The notes: generated by a model from the sequence alone, not told the origin. Positions 1-8,887 are shown, counted from the first letter of the stretch. The stretch: DNA of 32,000 nucleotides from Oscillospiraceae bacterium (GCA_017429835.1 JAFROD010000020.1:27927-59926); one strand, 5' to 3'. A program made the numbers and translations.

Positions 1-26
1 GCCCCGGGAAAATAGCATAACGGTCG

Positions 27-59
27 AAAAAAGACGGCTGCATCCGCAGCCGTCTTTTT
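27..59 (-). terminator. Rho-independent terminator directly after the spoVT-type stop codon
   Basis: 9-bp stem GACGGCTGC (33-41) / GCAGCCGTC (46-54) with a 4-nt loop. It is flanked by an A-run (27-32) and a T-run (55-59), so it could act on either strand. Confidence 0.75.
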
Positions 60-511
60 CAGCTTTCCATCTGCTTGCCGAGGAAGCCCGCGACCGTCTG
101 CGCGAGCTTCTGCTCGGACTCGGTCGGCGCGCTGTCGTTTTCGTTCAAAAGCAGCATGACGCAGCCCATGAGATCGCCCTCGGCGATGATCGGCGCGGCG
201 ACGCCGAGATGATACCGCTCGACCGACTCCGCCGCGCGCAGCCGCGTCTCGCCGGCACGATAGCGGTAGCTTTTGCGCTGCTCCATGAGCTGCTCCAGCT
301 CCGCAGAGTTGCGCTTTTCCAACAGATCACGCTTCGGCGCGCCCGCCACGGCGATAATCGAATCCCGATCTGCGACCGCGGCAATGTGCCCCGTATTGCT
401 CCCGATGGACTCGCAGATCTGCGCCGCAAAATCCTGCAGATCACCCATCGGTGAATACTTCTTAAAAATGACCTCCCCGTCCTTCTCCGTATAGATCTCC
501 AACGGGTCACC
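59..511 (-). pseudogene. spoVT: 3' fragment of split spoVT (GAF-like C-terminal domain). The AbrB-type N-terminal part is not in this window.
   Basis: GDPLEIY-DGEVI-KKYSP...AGFLGKQMES closely matches my recollection of B. subtilis SpoVT (REGDPLEIFVDRDGEVILKKYSP...AAGFLARQMEQ). The residues just upstream (VFVANVVSG) do not match SpoVT. Confidence 0.8.
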
Positions 512-2224
512 GCCACTGACAACATTGGCGACGAAAACCTTGTCCGGCGTTTTCTTGGAACGTTGGACAATGCGGCGTCTTAAGCGGTTTCCGGCGCCTG
601 AATTAAAATTTACGGTGTCCTCCAACGCGCTGCAGTGAAGAACTGCATCGATGTCAGCCTGGAATCTGATCTCCAGATGATCTTCAAAGACGAGAATGCG
701 GTCGATGAGCAGTTCGAGGTCGTTGCGATCGAGATTCTCCTTGTTCATGATATCCTCAAACACATCCAGAGCCATTCTTGATGCACGATTGACCTGAATG
801 ACGGTGTTGCGCTTGTCGGACAGCATTCCGATCTGGTGATTGAGACCGTCGATCTTCTTCTGCAGCTCCGCTTCGATTTCTTCGTACATCGGAATGATGG
901 TTTCCTCACGTTCCGGGTACTTCGTGATCTCGCGGATGCGCTGGCGTTTTGTGACCTTCAGTTCTTCCGCCAGCTCGTCACGGACCTCGGCAAGATTATC
1001 GGCGGATTGCTCGGTTTCCACAACCTTCGCTTCGCTTTTTTCAAGATCTTCGTTGATCTTTTTCACCATTTCGCCGCAGTTCTCCGACAGCTTCCGCACG
1101 TAGCGTTTCAGCAGCATGTCCAGCGTTTTTACGTGGATATGATGGCTGGTGCAGCCCTTGCGGCCGCGGCGGTGGTAGGTGCCGCAGGTGTAGGCGGGTT
1201 CGAGGTCGCGGCGGCTCATCGCGAACATCGGACTGCCGCAGTCGCCGCACTCCAGGAAACCGGAGTACACGTTGTCGTTGATCTTCACGCCCCGGTAGTT
1301 GGTGCGCGAACGCTTCTCCCGCAGGGCGCGGGTGATTGCGAAGGTGCGGTAGTCGATAATCGGCTGGTGGTGATTCTCAATGACGATCTGTTCGTCTTCG
1401 TCGCGGCGGACGTCTTTGCCGTTGATCTTGATGCGGGTGTACTTCGCCTGACGGAACGTGCCGATATAAAAGTCGTTATCCAGGATTTCCTGGATGGTCA
1501 CGATCGCCCACGCGGCTTTCGCGCGCGGCTTGACGTCCCTGCCTTCTGCCTCCCTGCGCATCTCCGCCGCCATCCGCGGTGTGGGAATGCCCTCGTCGGT
1601 CAGATAATTTGCGATCCTCTTGTAGCCCCAGCCGTCGTTGTTGTACAACGAGAAGATTTTGCGGACAATCTCTGCCTCCGTGGGGACGATCTCAAACTCT
1701 TTCCGCTTGTTGATGATATAACCGTACGGCGCGGCACAGATCCATTGACCGTCCTGCTGCCGCCGTTTGATGACGTTCCGCACCTTGCGGGACGTGTCGG
1801 TCACGGGCATTTCGTTGACAAGGAACTGGAACTGGATTTTCAGCCAGTCGTCGTCGTTCGGGAAGTCGATGCCGTCGCCGATGGAAATGATGCGGACGCC
1901 GTTGTCGCGCAGGTCTTCCAGTTCGCAAAGACCGCGGCTGTTGCGGCGGGAAAAACGCGAAAAGTCCTTGACGACGAGGATGTCGAATTGCCGGGACATC
2001 AGCCCGCGGCGCATCTCCTGATAGGCCTCGCGCTGTTCGAAGGTGTAGCCGGATCGGTCGCGGTCTTCGAAGAAGGTGAGTCTGCTGCCGGGGAAGGTGC
2101 GTTTTACATAGTCCTGGATGATCGCCTTCTGGTTTTCGATGGAGACGTTCTTTTGATCGAGCTCGTCGTCCACCGAGATACGGGCATAGCCCGCGATGTC
2201 AAATATTTCGTTCGTTGATGTCAC
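59..2224 (-). CDS. Large serine recombinase (resolvase domain, recombinase domain, zinc ribbon, coiled coil), with its reading frame continuing without a stop into the C-terminal ~150 codons of SpoVT
   Basis: N-terminus IAGYARISVDD...ENQ and VKDFSRFSRR match the serine-recombinase catalytic motifs. The zinc ribbon is CGDCGSPM...CGTYHRRGRKGC. The tail from GDPLEIYTEKDGEVIFKKYSP to AGFLGKQMES is SpoVT-like. The GTG start at 2224 abuts AGGAG with no spacer, so the true start is uncertain. Confidence 0.88.
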   Translation of the reverse strand: MTSTNEIFDIAGYARISVDDELDQKNVSIENQKAIIQDYVKRTFPGSRLTFFEDRDRSGYTFEQREAYQEMRRGLMSRQFDILVVKDFSRFSRRNSRGLCELEDLRDNGVRIISIGDGIDFPNDDDWLKIQFQFLVNEMPVTDTSRKVRNVIKRRQQDGQWICAAPYGYIINKRKEFEIVPTEAEIVRKIFSLYNNDGWGYKRIANYLTDEGIPTPRMAAEMRREAEGRDVKPRAKAAWAIVTIQEILDNDFYIGTFRQAKYTRIKINGKDVRRDEDEQIVIENHHQPIIDYRTFAITRALREKRSRTNYRGVKINDNVYSGFLECGDCGSPMFAMSRRDLEPAYTCGTYHRRGRKGCTSHHIHVKTLDMLLKRYVRKLSENCGEMVKKINEDLEKSEAKVVETEQSADNLAEVRDELAEELKVTKRQRIREITKYPEREETIIPMYEEIEAELQKKIDGLNHQIGMLSDKRNTVIQVNRASRMALDVFEDIMNKENLDRNDLELLIDRILVFEDHLEIRFQADIDAVLHCSALEDTVNFNSGAGNRLRRRIVQRSKKTPDKVFVANVVSGGDPLEIYTEKDGEVIFKKYSPMGDLQDFAAQICESIGSNTGHIAAVADRDSIIAVAGAPKRDLLEKRNSAELEQLMEQRKSYRYRAGETRLRAAESVERYHLGVAAPIIAEGDLMGCVMLLLNENDSAPTESEQKLAQTVAGFLGKQMES

Positions 2225-2381
2225 CTCCTGAGTGAAATTTTTATATCTGCGCCGATTTCGCTCTCTACAGATAATATTGTATCACACAAATCAGAGAAAT
2301 GCAAGAGGAATAGTAAAAAACTTACAAGCGCAGCGAATTCTTAGTTTTGTTTTGAGAGAATCAATATTCCAATGTGTTCCG

Positions 2382-2410
2382 TTGCAGATGTGCTGATTGC
2401 GTGATATAAT
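2382..2410 (+). promoter_or_regulatory. Sigma-A-type promoter with extended -10
   Basis: TTGCAG (2382-2387), 17-nt spacer, TG-n-TATAAT (2402-2410), about 100 nt upstream of the ATG at 2515. Confidence 0.55.
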
Positions 2411-2514
2411 ACTATTGTTTATTTTATTATAGAAATGGCTCATTTTTGCAACCTTAATACGGAAATATCCTGGTTGGCAACGAAGCGGAAAGAACCGTTG
2501 GAAGGGAGAATACT

Positions 2515-3111
2515 ATGGAAACAATAGTAAAAACTGCAATTACTGATTGGATAATGATCATTATTACTGCGATTTATGTAATTGCAACTATTTGCATTTT
2601 TTGGGCAAACTGTCGATCGGCTAATGCAACACGAGAGCAAATAGTGGAATCCAAACGGCAATACGAGGATAGAAAGCGACTTGAAATTCTGCCGCACATT
2701 CAGTTTGAGAAAACGAATGATACTGCTAATTATGAATTACGCGTTAAGCTTGACTCGGACGACATACTAACAGAAGCGTATAACACACAGCTGTGTATCA
2801 AGAATATCGGGAACGGCACAGCTAAGGATATTACATGCGAACAGCTATGGGATAACAATTCGGAAGGCAAGAATAAAGTTGAGTTTCCGATACAAGCTCT
2901 AATTGCTGGCGAAAAACAAACAATAAAAGTGCGATTTTTCTATAATGCGAGAAAACCGGGGGATAGGTGCATAGAAATTATCTTGCACTATAAAGATTTG
3001 CTTGAGAACACCTATACACAAAGAGTACAGTTTAATGTTGTTTGCGAAAACAGTGCAAGACTAAACTCGGTTGTTTTTTCGACATCCTCACCGGTTTTTG
3101 AGTCAAAGTAG
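2515..3111 (+). CDS. Hypothetical protein with an N-terminal transmembrane anchor
   Basis: ORF preceded by GGGAGAA. The N-terminus has a hydrophobic helix (WIMIIITAIYVIATICIFW). It lies in an AT-rich segment. No family recognised. Confidence 0.6.
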   Translation: METIVKTAITDWIMIIITAIYVIATICIFWANCRSANATREQIVESKRQYEDRKRLEILPHIQFEKTNDTANYELRVKLDSDDILTEAYNTQLCIKNIGNGTAKDITCEQLWDNNSEGKNKVEFPIQALIAGEKQTIKVRFFYNARKPGDRCIEIILHYKDLLENTYTQRVQFNVVCENSARLNSVVFSTSSPVFESK

Positions 3112-3267
3112 AGGGCGTGCGTAATCTACGAGAATTGTTATTCAGGTGCGAATACCGTGCGGAATGATGGTGGCTGATGCTTTTGGGAGAAACATAAGAA
3201 GTGTATTTATGGAGGCATTATACAGATAAAAAAGCGGAAGGCTGAAAAGAAAACATAGAAAACTATT

Positions 3268-3313
3268 CCCCTTGTATTGCACGAGACGCTGCAATACAAG
3301 GGGGAACTTTTTT
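3268..3313 (+). terminator. Rho-independent terminator
   Basis: 13-bp stem CCCCTTGTATTGC / GCAATACAAGGGG followed by a T6 run. Confidence 0.7.
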
Positions 3314-3367
3314 ATGGCTCTTATGAACGATAAGTCTTTACATTTTCAAATCAGCTCTCTGAACTTA

Positions 3368-4039
3368 TCAACTATGATTTAATGAATCGGACAGGCTGCC
3401 TTGTTCAATGATCTCGGTATCGATCGTACCGTCCGCTTTGTCTGTGATCTTGGTGATCGTATATGTTCCTTTGTCGGTGTCTATCTCAAGATCATCATCC
3501 GTATCAACGGGAACGCCCAGCGAAGCCTCGGCCTTTTCCCTGAGCTTTGCGCCGAGTATACTGTTGCCGTTTGAATCGTGGGACTGATAGGCTTTTGCTT
3601 TTTTCAGGTATTCAGCCGGATAGTTTTCCTTCAGCCATCCTTCGTGCAGATCACCGTCAGCGCTCCATACTACCTCTGTCAGGGTGATGCCGCTGTCTGT
3701 GCAGTTGAACTTGATGATGACCTCTCCCGCTGAGCCGGACATATTATAGGCCTTGCCCTTAAGCACTGCATAATCTCCCTCGTTCAGATAAGCGTATGCG
3801 GTTCCCTGATCTCCGTCTTTGGTGACTCCGAAAACCTCCGCGACAGCAAAGGCTTCGTCCTTGAGATAATCTTTATAAAGGGTATCAACATCGCTTTCGG
3901 CGACCTGCTCCATAAGCGATTCCATTTCGGCGTCGCTGAGTTCAACGGCGTTATCCGGAGTACTGCCGGAGCACGCCGACATCGCTGAAATAAGAGCGAT
4001 GACCAATAGTATTATGATCGTATTCTTTAGTTTTCTCAT
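3368..4039 (-). CDS. Putative lipoprotein, function unknown
   Basis: Signal peptide MRKLKNTIIILLVIALISAMSAC with a lipobox cysteine. RBS AAGGAGA lies upstream. Confidence 0.7.
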   Translation of the reverse strand: MRKLKNTIIILLVIALISAMSACSGSTPDNAVELSDAEMESLMEQVAESDVDTLYKDYLKDEAFAVAEVFGVTKDGDQGTAYAYLNEGDYAVLKGKAYNMSGSAGEVIIKFNCTDSGITLTEVVWSADGDLHEGWLKENYPAEYLKKAKAYQSHDSNGNSILGAKLREKAEASLGVPVDTDDDLEIDTDKGTYTITKITDKADGTIDTEIIEQGSLSDSLNHS

Positions 4040-4106
4040 TTTTGTCTCCTTGTTAGAATAATCAATATGCTTTCAAGCATTGAGTCCTTCCTGTTTGGAG
4101 CCTCTG

Positions 4107-4760
4107 TTAACTCCACCCCCACACCGGTAAGAACAGCTGTATCAAAAGGGCAACGGGAATAGATAATGCAACTGCTATTGCGAACTCTTTCAGCTTTCGT
4201 CTCAAAATCAAAAGAGAAGCAAGCCAGACGATCACCTCAGGAATATAGGTAATTCTGACGCCCTGCAGCAAGTAAACGGTTTGTGAAAACAATACGCCGA
4301 TAATCAGCGCGGAAATGACGATTGCAAACCATCCGCTGCCCTTTGCATACCAACAAAAGAAAGCCGGGATCGGTGATAATACCGTAATGCAAAACCAAAT
4401 CATGGCATAGCTCTGAGGGAAAAATCCCGCAACGAACTTTGAATAGAGATAGTAGCTTGAAACCATTCCGATAAAGAACAGCAATACATTCAGCGCCGCT
4501 CTCTTCGGGGAATAGCTGTAAACAGATATGCATACGGCTATGAAGATCCAGATAGAAAAACGCCCCAAGAAGTTGCCAATATCCAAATACTCCAGAAAAG
4601 CCGGCAGCTCGTTGACCGCCGTTTCGTCGAGCGCTTTTGAAACTGTACCGAGTACAATGCCCAAAGCCAGAACGAGAACCGAGTATAATACTTTCTTCTT
4701 AACGGAAATATCATTTTGAGGCGTTCTGACTTTATCTAATCCGCGCAATATTTTCTGCAC
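4107..4760 (-). CDS. Polytopic membrane protein, function unknown
   Basis: Several hydrophobic helices. I prefer the GTG start at 4760 (VQKILRG) with GAGGGGG upstream. This start region shares 17 identical nt with the start region of the cassette gene at 23783. The longest ORF starts at TTG 4775. Confidence 0.65.
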   Translation of the reverse strand: MQKILRGLDKVRTPQNDISVKKKVLYSVLVLALGIVLGTVSKALDETAVNELPAFLEYLDIGNFLGRFSIWIFIAVCISVYSYSPKRAALNVLLFFIGMVSSYYLYSKFVAGFFPQSYAMIWFCITVLSPIPAFFCWYAKGSGWFAIVISALIIGVLFSQTVYLLQGVRITYIPEVIVWLASLLILRRKLKEFAIAVALSIPVALLIQLFLPVWGWS

Positions 4761-4771
4761 TTTTTGCCCCC

Positions 4772-5314
4772 TCAATCGCTGATTCCGTTTGGTCTCATTC
4801 TCTTTTCAAAACGGAACATCCCGTCATTCATAAGATTATCGGCTCCTGCGTCGGGATCGTTCGGATCGGGATGGTGGCTGTTGAAGAACTCGACGATATG
4901 AAATTCGCAGCGGTTGACGTAAAAGTGGATATTGCGCTTTTCAAAATACGGAGTGACGGTCTCCCATACCTTCACCTGCGGATACATCCGCTCGATCTCG
5001 CACCACGCGGTATAGCCGATACCCTTGCTGTGGATATGCGGAGATACAAAGAGCAGATCCAGATCACCTTTGTCGCCTTTCACACGGACAACTGCTCCTC
5101 CCGCGACTTCTCCGTTACAGATGATGCGGTAGGCGTCTCCTTCACTGATTGCTTTCTCGATTGTTTCTCGGGAGATGATCTCGCCGTCCTCCTCGAAGTG
5201 ATCGTCCCTCATGCCGAATTCCTCAGTTGCACCGTAACGGAACGCTTCCTGATTGTCGAGGATAAACTGTTCTTTATCGTCGGTCATCAGCGGAATCAGA
5301 TTTACATTATTCAT
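4772..5314 (-). CDS. GNAT-family N-acetyltransferase
   Basis: Pattern ...LLFVSPHIHSKGIGYTAW... matches the acetyl-CoA binding Q/RxxGxG/A motif. ATG at 5314 is preceded by AGAGGAG. Confidence 0.75.
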   Translation of the reverse strand: MNNVNLIPLMTDDKEQFILDNQEAFRYGATEEFGMRDDHFEEDGEIISRETIEKAISEGDAYRIICNGEVAGGAVVRVKGDKGDLDLLFVSPHIHSKGIGYTAWCEIERMYPQVKVWETVTPYFEKRNIHFYVNRCEFHIVEFFNSHHPDPNDPDAGADNLMNDGMFRFEKRMRPNGISD

Positions 5315-5822
5315 AATAATACTCCTCTTTTCTGTAGCCGTAAGCATAGCATATAAGAAGTAATGGAACAAGGTTTTAAATCATTAATTTACACATTTTT
5401 TACAACTACATAACTTTGTTTCTTAACAGAGTCCCATCACTTTTATTTTACAATTCTTTCATAATTCAATCAGCGAATCATCACCTTGACAGAATAGAAT
5501 ATGGAACATATCACACATATTGTCGTTGCCTTGAACGGAAGTATTTTCTAATCACTGAAAGTGAATGTATCGATTATTACAATTCGATGATAGCAAGTCA
5601 AGCCGAACGGTTTGTTTTTTCTTCTGATGGTGATTTTACATTGATAGAAAAAATGAAGTGCAAGAATCCAGCAGTTTTTATTCAGCCACACACCAAATTA
5701 ATCATGGGCAACAAGACGTACTTCCCCTCAAATCTGTGAGACATTTTCGTACAAAATGGGATCAATTACTGTTTCTGAAAAAGGTGAAACGAATTCCCGA
5801 AAGATACAATATATACTAGAAT

Positions 5823-5865
5823 TACGCGGATGAGACCTGAAGAATCTCATCCGCGTAGTCTTTTC
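5823..5865. terminator. Hairpin terminator between the AT-rich spacer and the mobilisation module
   Basis: 13-bp stem TACGCGGATGAGA / TCTCATCCGCGTA, with a T-rich tract after it on the plus strand. Confidence 0.55.
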
Positions 5866-5876
5866 TTATATGGTTA

Positions 5877-6137
5877 TCATTGTTCTGCTGCCGAACACTG
5901 CGCTTTTGCGCGTTGGACTTCCTGCTCGGCGAACCGCCACCGGTTTGTGAGGACCAGATCGCGGGTGAGTTCGTACAGGTCGCCCTCGCCGGATTCATAG
6001 ACGACGACAAGGTATTTCTTCGCCTTGTATGCTGTATAGATCGGCTTCAGTCTTTCCCGGAGCGCAGCGTTGCGCTTCTCTGCCTTCGTCAGCCAGATTT
6101 CCACGAGCTTTTCATCGTCCAAAACGTTCATTTCCAT
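5877..6137 (-). CDS. Small hypothetical protein downstream of the relaxase gene
   Basis: 86-aa ORF, 34 nt downstream of the relaxase stop on the same strand. No family recognised. Confidence 0.55.
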   Translation of the reverse strand: MEMNVLDDEKLVEIWLTKAEKRNAALRERLKPIYTAYKAKKYLVVVYESGEGDLYELTRDLVLTNRWRFAEQEVQRAKAQCSAAEQ

Positions 6138-6171
6138 ATGCGACCGTACTCCTTTTCCCTCTCTATTTTCC

Positions 6172-7119
6172 TCATCTTTCCTGCGCTTTATACGCGGCGA
6201 TGCGTTTTGCCGCGATCAGGATCTCGGGCGGGATCGAATCCACGATCAGCCGAAGTTCCTCCAGCTCCTCCTTCCGCTCGGCTTCTTCCAGTCTGCGCGC
6301 GAGACCGCCGCCTTTTGCCTCGGCAAGCTCCTGCTTCAACGACTTCTGCTCCGCGGTCAGATCCTGCAAGGTGATGTTGTACCGGCGCAGCTCCGTCTGC
6401 ATATCCTCCGCGCGGAGGACGTACTTGTTGATCAGTTTCTCTGTTGCCGCAACCGTCTCTTTTTTGTTGAACCAGTTGACGTCGCTCAGAAGCTGCATGA
6501 TTTTCTGCCGCATCGTGTTCAGGTGGATCGCCTCCTTGAACAGCCGCGGCGGAACGTGGGCGCGGCCGGTCTTGCTCGCGCTCTCGCCGCGTTCCAGGTC
6601 GGGGTATTTCTGCACCATCGTCTTCCAGAAGCCGTCCTGCCACCGGGTCAGGTTTTTCCTGTTGCCGATGATCTCTTTTGCGCAGAGCCGCTTGTCTTCC
6701 GTCAGCGGGACAAAACAAAGGTGCATATGGGGCGTTTTCTCGTCCATATGCACCACGGCGGACAGGATCGTCTCTTTCGACTGATTCTTTTCGATGAAGC
6801 GCAGCGCGAGCTCAAAGTATTCTCTGACCTCGGCGGGCTTTTTGCCTTTGAAGAACTCCGGGCTGGCGGTGATGAGCGCTTCGACCACGCGAACGCTGTC
6901 CGAACGGGTGCGGCAGCCGGCTTCGGCGATCTGCCGTTCCGCCTCGGCGCGATAGCTCTGCTTCGGCGTGATCAGATGAATGTTGAGGTGACTGCGGCTT
7001 TTGTCCACGTCGGGATTGCTCGCGTAGGTCTCTTTCGTGCGCTCGTTGTGCGCCTCGATGCGCCCGATCTCCGGGCCTTTGTATTTTGCGAATCGCAGGA
7101 TTCCGTATTGAGGGTTCAT
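6172..7119 (-). CDS. mob: MobV-family (Mob/Pre) relaxase
   Basis: N-terminus ILRFAKYKG...IEAHNERT and the HxDExxPHxH motif (VVHMDEKTPHMHLCFVP). ATG at 7119 is preceded by AAGGAGCA. Confidence 0.88.
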   Translation of the reverse strand: MNPQYGILRFAKYKGPEIGRIEAHNERTKETYASNPDVDKSRSHLNIHLITPKQSYRAEAERQIAEAGCRTRSDSVRVVEALITASPEFFKGKKPAEVREYFELALRFIEKNQSKETILSAVVHMDEKTPHMHLCFVPLTEDKRLCAKEIIGNRKNLTRWQDGFWKTMVQKYPDLERGESASKTGRAHVPPRLFKEAIHLNTMRQKIMQLLSDVNWFNKKETVAATEKLINKYVLRAEDMQTELRRYNITLQDLTAEQKSLKQELAEAKGGGLARRLEEAERKEELEELRLIVDSIPPEILIAAKRIAAYKAQER

Positions 7120-7148
7120 ATTTTGCTCCTTTCTAAGTTTTTGTGCGA

Positions 7149-7541
7149 TCAAACTTCTTTCCTGTCTTCTGCGATGATCTGTCTGACTCGTTCCTGCACC
7201 TGCGCAAGTTGACTGTCTTTCAGCAGCATGTCGACCGCCTCGGCGCGTTCCGATGTCAAGCCGTGGGACAGCATGTCCAGCATGCGCTCAACGGGATCGA
7301 GCAAAATGCAGGCTTCCGCGTAACGATCGTCGGGGATTTCGTCCGGCGAAGACGGCGCATATTTGTGCTTGCGGTTCTGCAAGACCCGCAGATAATCACG
7401 CAGCACGGCTGCGCAGTAACGCTCGTTTTTCTGCTGTGCGGAGTAGCGGCGCAGCGTTGCCAGAAGGGACGGCTTTTCTTCGGCAACGCCGGAGTCAGCC
7501 GCCGGCGTATCTGCGGCTTTGTTTTGATCAATTAGCGGCAT
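7149..7541 (-). CDS. Hypothetical protein upstream of the relaxase in the same operon, possibly a mobilisation accessory protein
   Basis: ATG at 7541 is preceded by AAGGAGGAA. Its stop lies about 30 nt before the relaxase start. Confidence 0.55.
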   Translation of the reverse strand: MPLIDQNKAADTPAADSGVAEEKPSLLATLRRYSAQQKNERYCAAVLRDYLRVLQNRKHKYAPSSPDEIPDDRYAEACILLDPVERMLDMLSHGLTSERAEAVDMLLKDSQLAQVQERVRQIIAEDRKEV

Positions 7542-7651
7542 GGCGATTCCTCCTTTCGTGTAAGATTTGACAGGTAATCTTACTGTCGCCGGGATTATAC
7601 GGAGAAATTGTCTGAGACCTGCAAAATCAGGCACAAATGCAAGAAAAAAGG

Positions 7652-7701
7652 AAAAGCCCTCCGGATTTCTTGCAGAAATGCAAGGTTTTCGGAGGGCTTT
7701 T
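7652..7701. promoter_or_regulatory. Nested inverted repeat upstream of the mob operon, either a candidate oriT or a bidirectional terminator
   Basis: Outer 12-bp arms AAAAGCCCTCCG / CGGAGGGCTTTT enclose an inner palindrome CTTGCA-gaaa-TGCAAG. T-rich tracts lie on both sides. It sits about 110 nt upstream of the start at 7541. Confidence 0.4.
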
Positions 7702-7834
7702 TCTTTTGAGGAAAAATGTTGTACGAATAGAGGCAATTATTGGCGATACAGACCGCTTTATTGGACAGGACTGAGAATAGAATAATCATACACAGCGAAT
7801 CTGTGGTAAAAGCGAATGAAGGAGGTTATCCATT

Positions 7835-8869
7835 ATGAGTGAATTTGAGTTCGGGAAACTGGAAGACGATCTGCTTCGACTGTGCAAAGCAGATCAACCG
7901 GATTACGATCAAATACGAAAGGTGATCGCCGACGGAGCAAATGTGAATGCAGTAAATCGGGACGGAAGGAATCTCCTGTCCGCTGAGTTCTGGAACTGCT
8001 GCGCTTCCGGAGAGAAATTTCCTCAAATAACCAAGCTGCTGTTGGATAACGGCTTTGACGCAGAAAGATTCGGACTTGCCTGCATCAGCCAGTTGATTTT
8101 CTCAACATACGACGAAGGCATTTTCTATGCCGCGAAGTTGCTGCTTGAGGCAGGGGCAAAGGGCACAAAGGAACAATGGGACAGATTGCTCGAATCAATT
8201 GGAACAGAAGAAAGCTACCAGAGGTGCTGTGACGGAAATCACAGATGCAAGAACATCTACTATGCGCTCTATAAGATTGTTGATGGTGCAAGAAAAAGCA
8301 TACCGTATTCCGATATTGACCTCTGGACTTCCATTTTGGGGAAAAAGATCAATTCCGTCTTTGTTTGCAGCGAGGAATCAAAACCGGTGCAGATACAGAA
8401 GGGCAGAAGGTATGAAATACCGGATAGTATCTTATTTGAAGCCGAAGATAGGACACTGATTATCGAAGCAAATCCGAATATCTACACCAGAGCAAACCCC
8501 GTACCGGCGTTAGAAATGGAAAAGCGCGTTTCTGTCGAAGGACTGAGATCTGTTATCGGTGCAACAGTAACGAGAATTACATTTCGCCACGCCGAAGTCA
8601 AAGACGGAACAACAGGATACCGTCAGCCGAACATTTACATTTCTTTCAGCAATGGAATCAGCATTCGTTTCTCAACGAATTTTGGCGAAGTGCCGAAAGA
8701 AGATACGGCAACCTATTTTGAAATTGGGGGCAGCGGAGCAGATATTACTGCAACCGAATGGATCAACGACTGGCTGGGGGAGTTCCCCGAGGACAAGGGA
8801 TTGGTAGACAGATGCAGAAATTGTGGAGAAACGGATGAACAAATCAAGGCGTTCCTTGAAGGGATATAA
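7835..8869 (+). CDS. Hypothetical protein with ankyrin-repeat-like N-terminus
   Basis: The N-terminal sequences (IRKVIADGANVNAVNRDGRNLL, ITKLLLDNGFD, AAKLLLEAGAKG) resemble ankyrin repeats. RBS GAAGGAGG lies upstream. Confidence 0.6.
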   Translation: MSEFEFGKLEDDLLRLCKADQPDYDQIRKVIADGANVNAVNRDGRNLLSAEFWNCCASGEKFPQITKLLLDNGFDAERFGLACISQLIFSTYDEGIFYAAKLLLEAGAKGTKEQWDRLLESIGTEESYQRCCDGNHRCKNIYYALYKIVDGARKSIPYSDIDLWTSILGKKINSVFVCSEESKPVQIQKGRRYEIPDSILFEAEDRTLIIEANPNIYTRANPVPALEMEKRVSVEGLRSVIGATVTRITFRHAEVKDGTTGYRQPNIYISFSNGISIRFSTNFGEVPKEDTATYFEIGGSGADITATEWINDWLGEFPEDKGLVDRCRNCGETDEQIKAFLEGI

Positions 8870-8887
8870 ACAGGAGGTGCTGCAGTA

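Noticed and set aside
836-2218. 460-aa plus-strand ORF, plus smaller ORFs, opposite the recombinase gene
   Set aside because: It is a mirror-frame ORF inside a well-supported minus-strand gene. Its composition is low-complexity and rich in Val, Ala, Asp and Leu, and it has no motifs.
5416-5739. 107-aa plus-strand ORF in the AT-rich spacer
   Set aside because: It has a non-ATG start, no RBS and no recognisable motifs, and lies in AT-rich sequence where such frames arise readily. It could be real but is unsupported.
6029-7212. 251-aa and 380-aa plus-strand ORFs and a 176-aa minus-strand ORF overlapping the relaxase gene
   Set aside because: These are alternative or antisense frames of the MobV gene. 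They are Arg/Ser/Pro-rich artefacts of GC-rich coding sequence.
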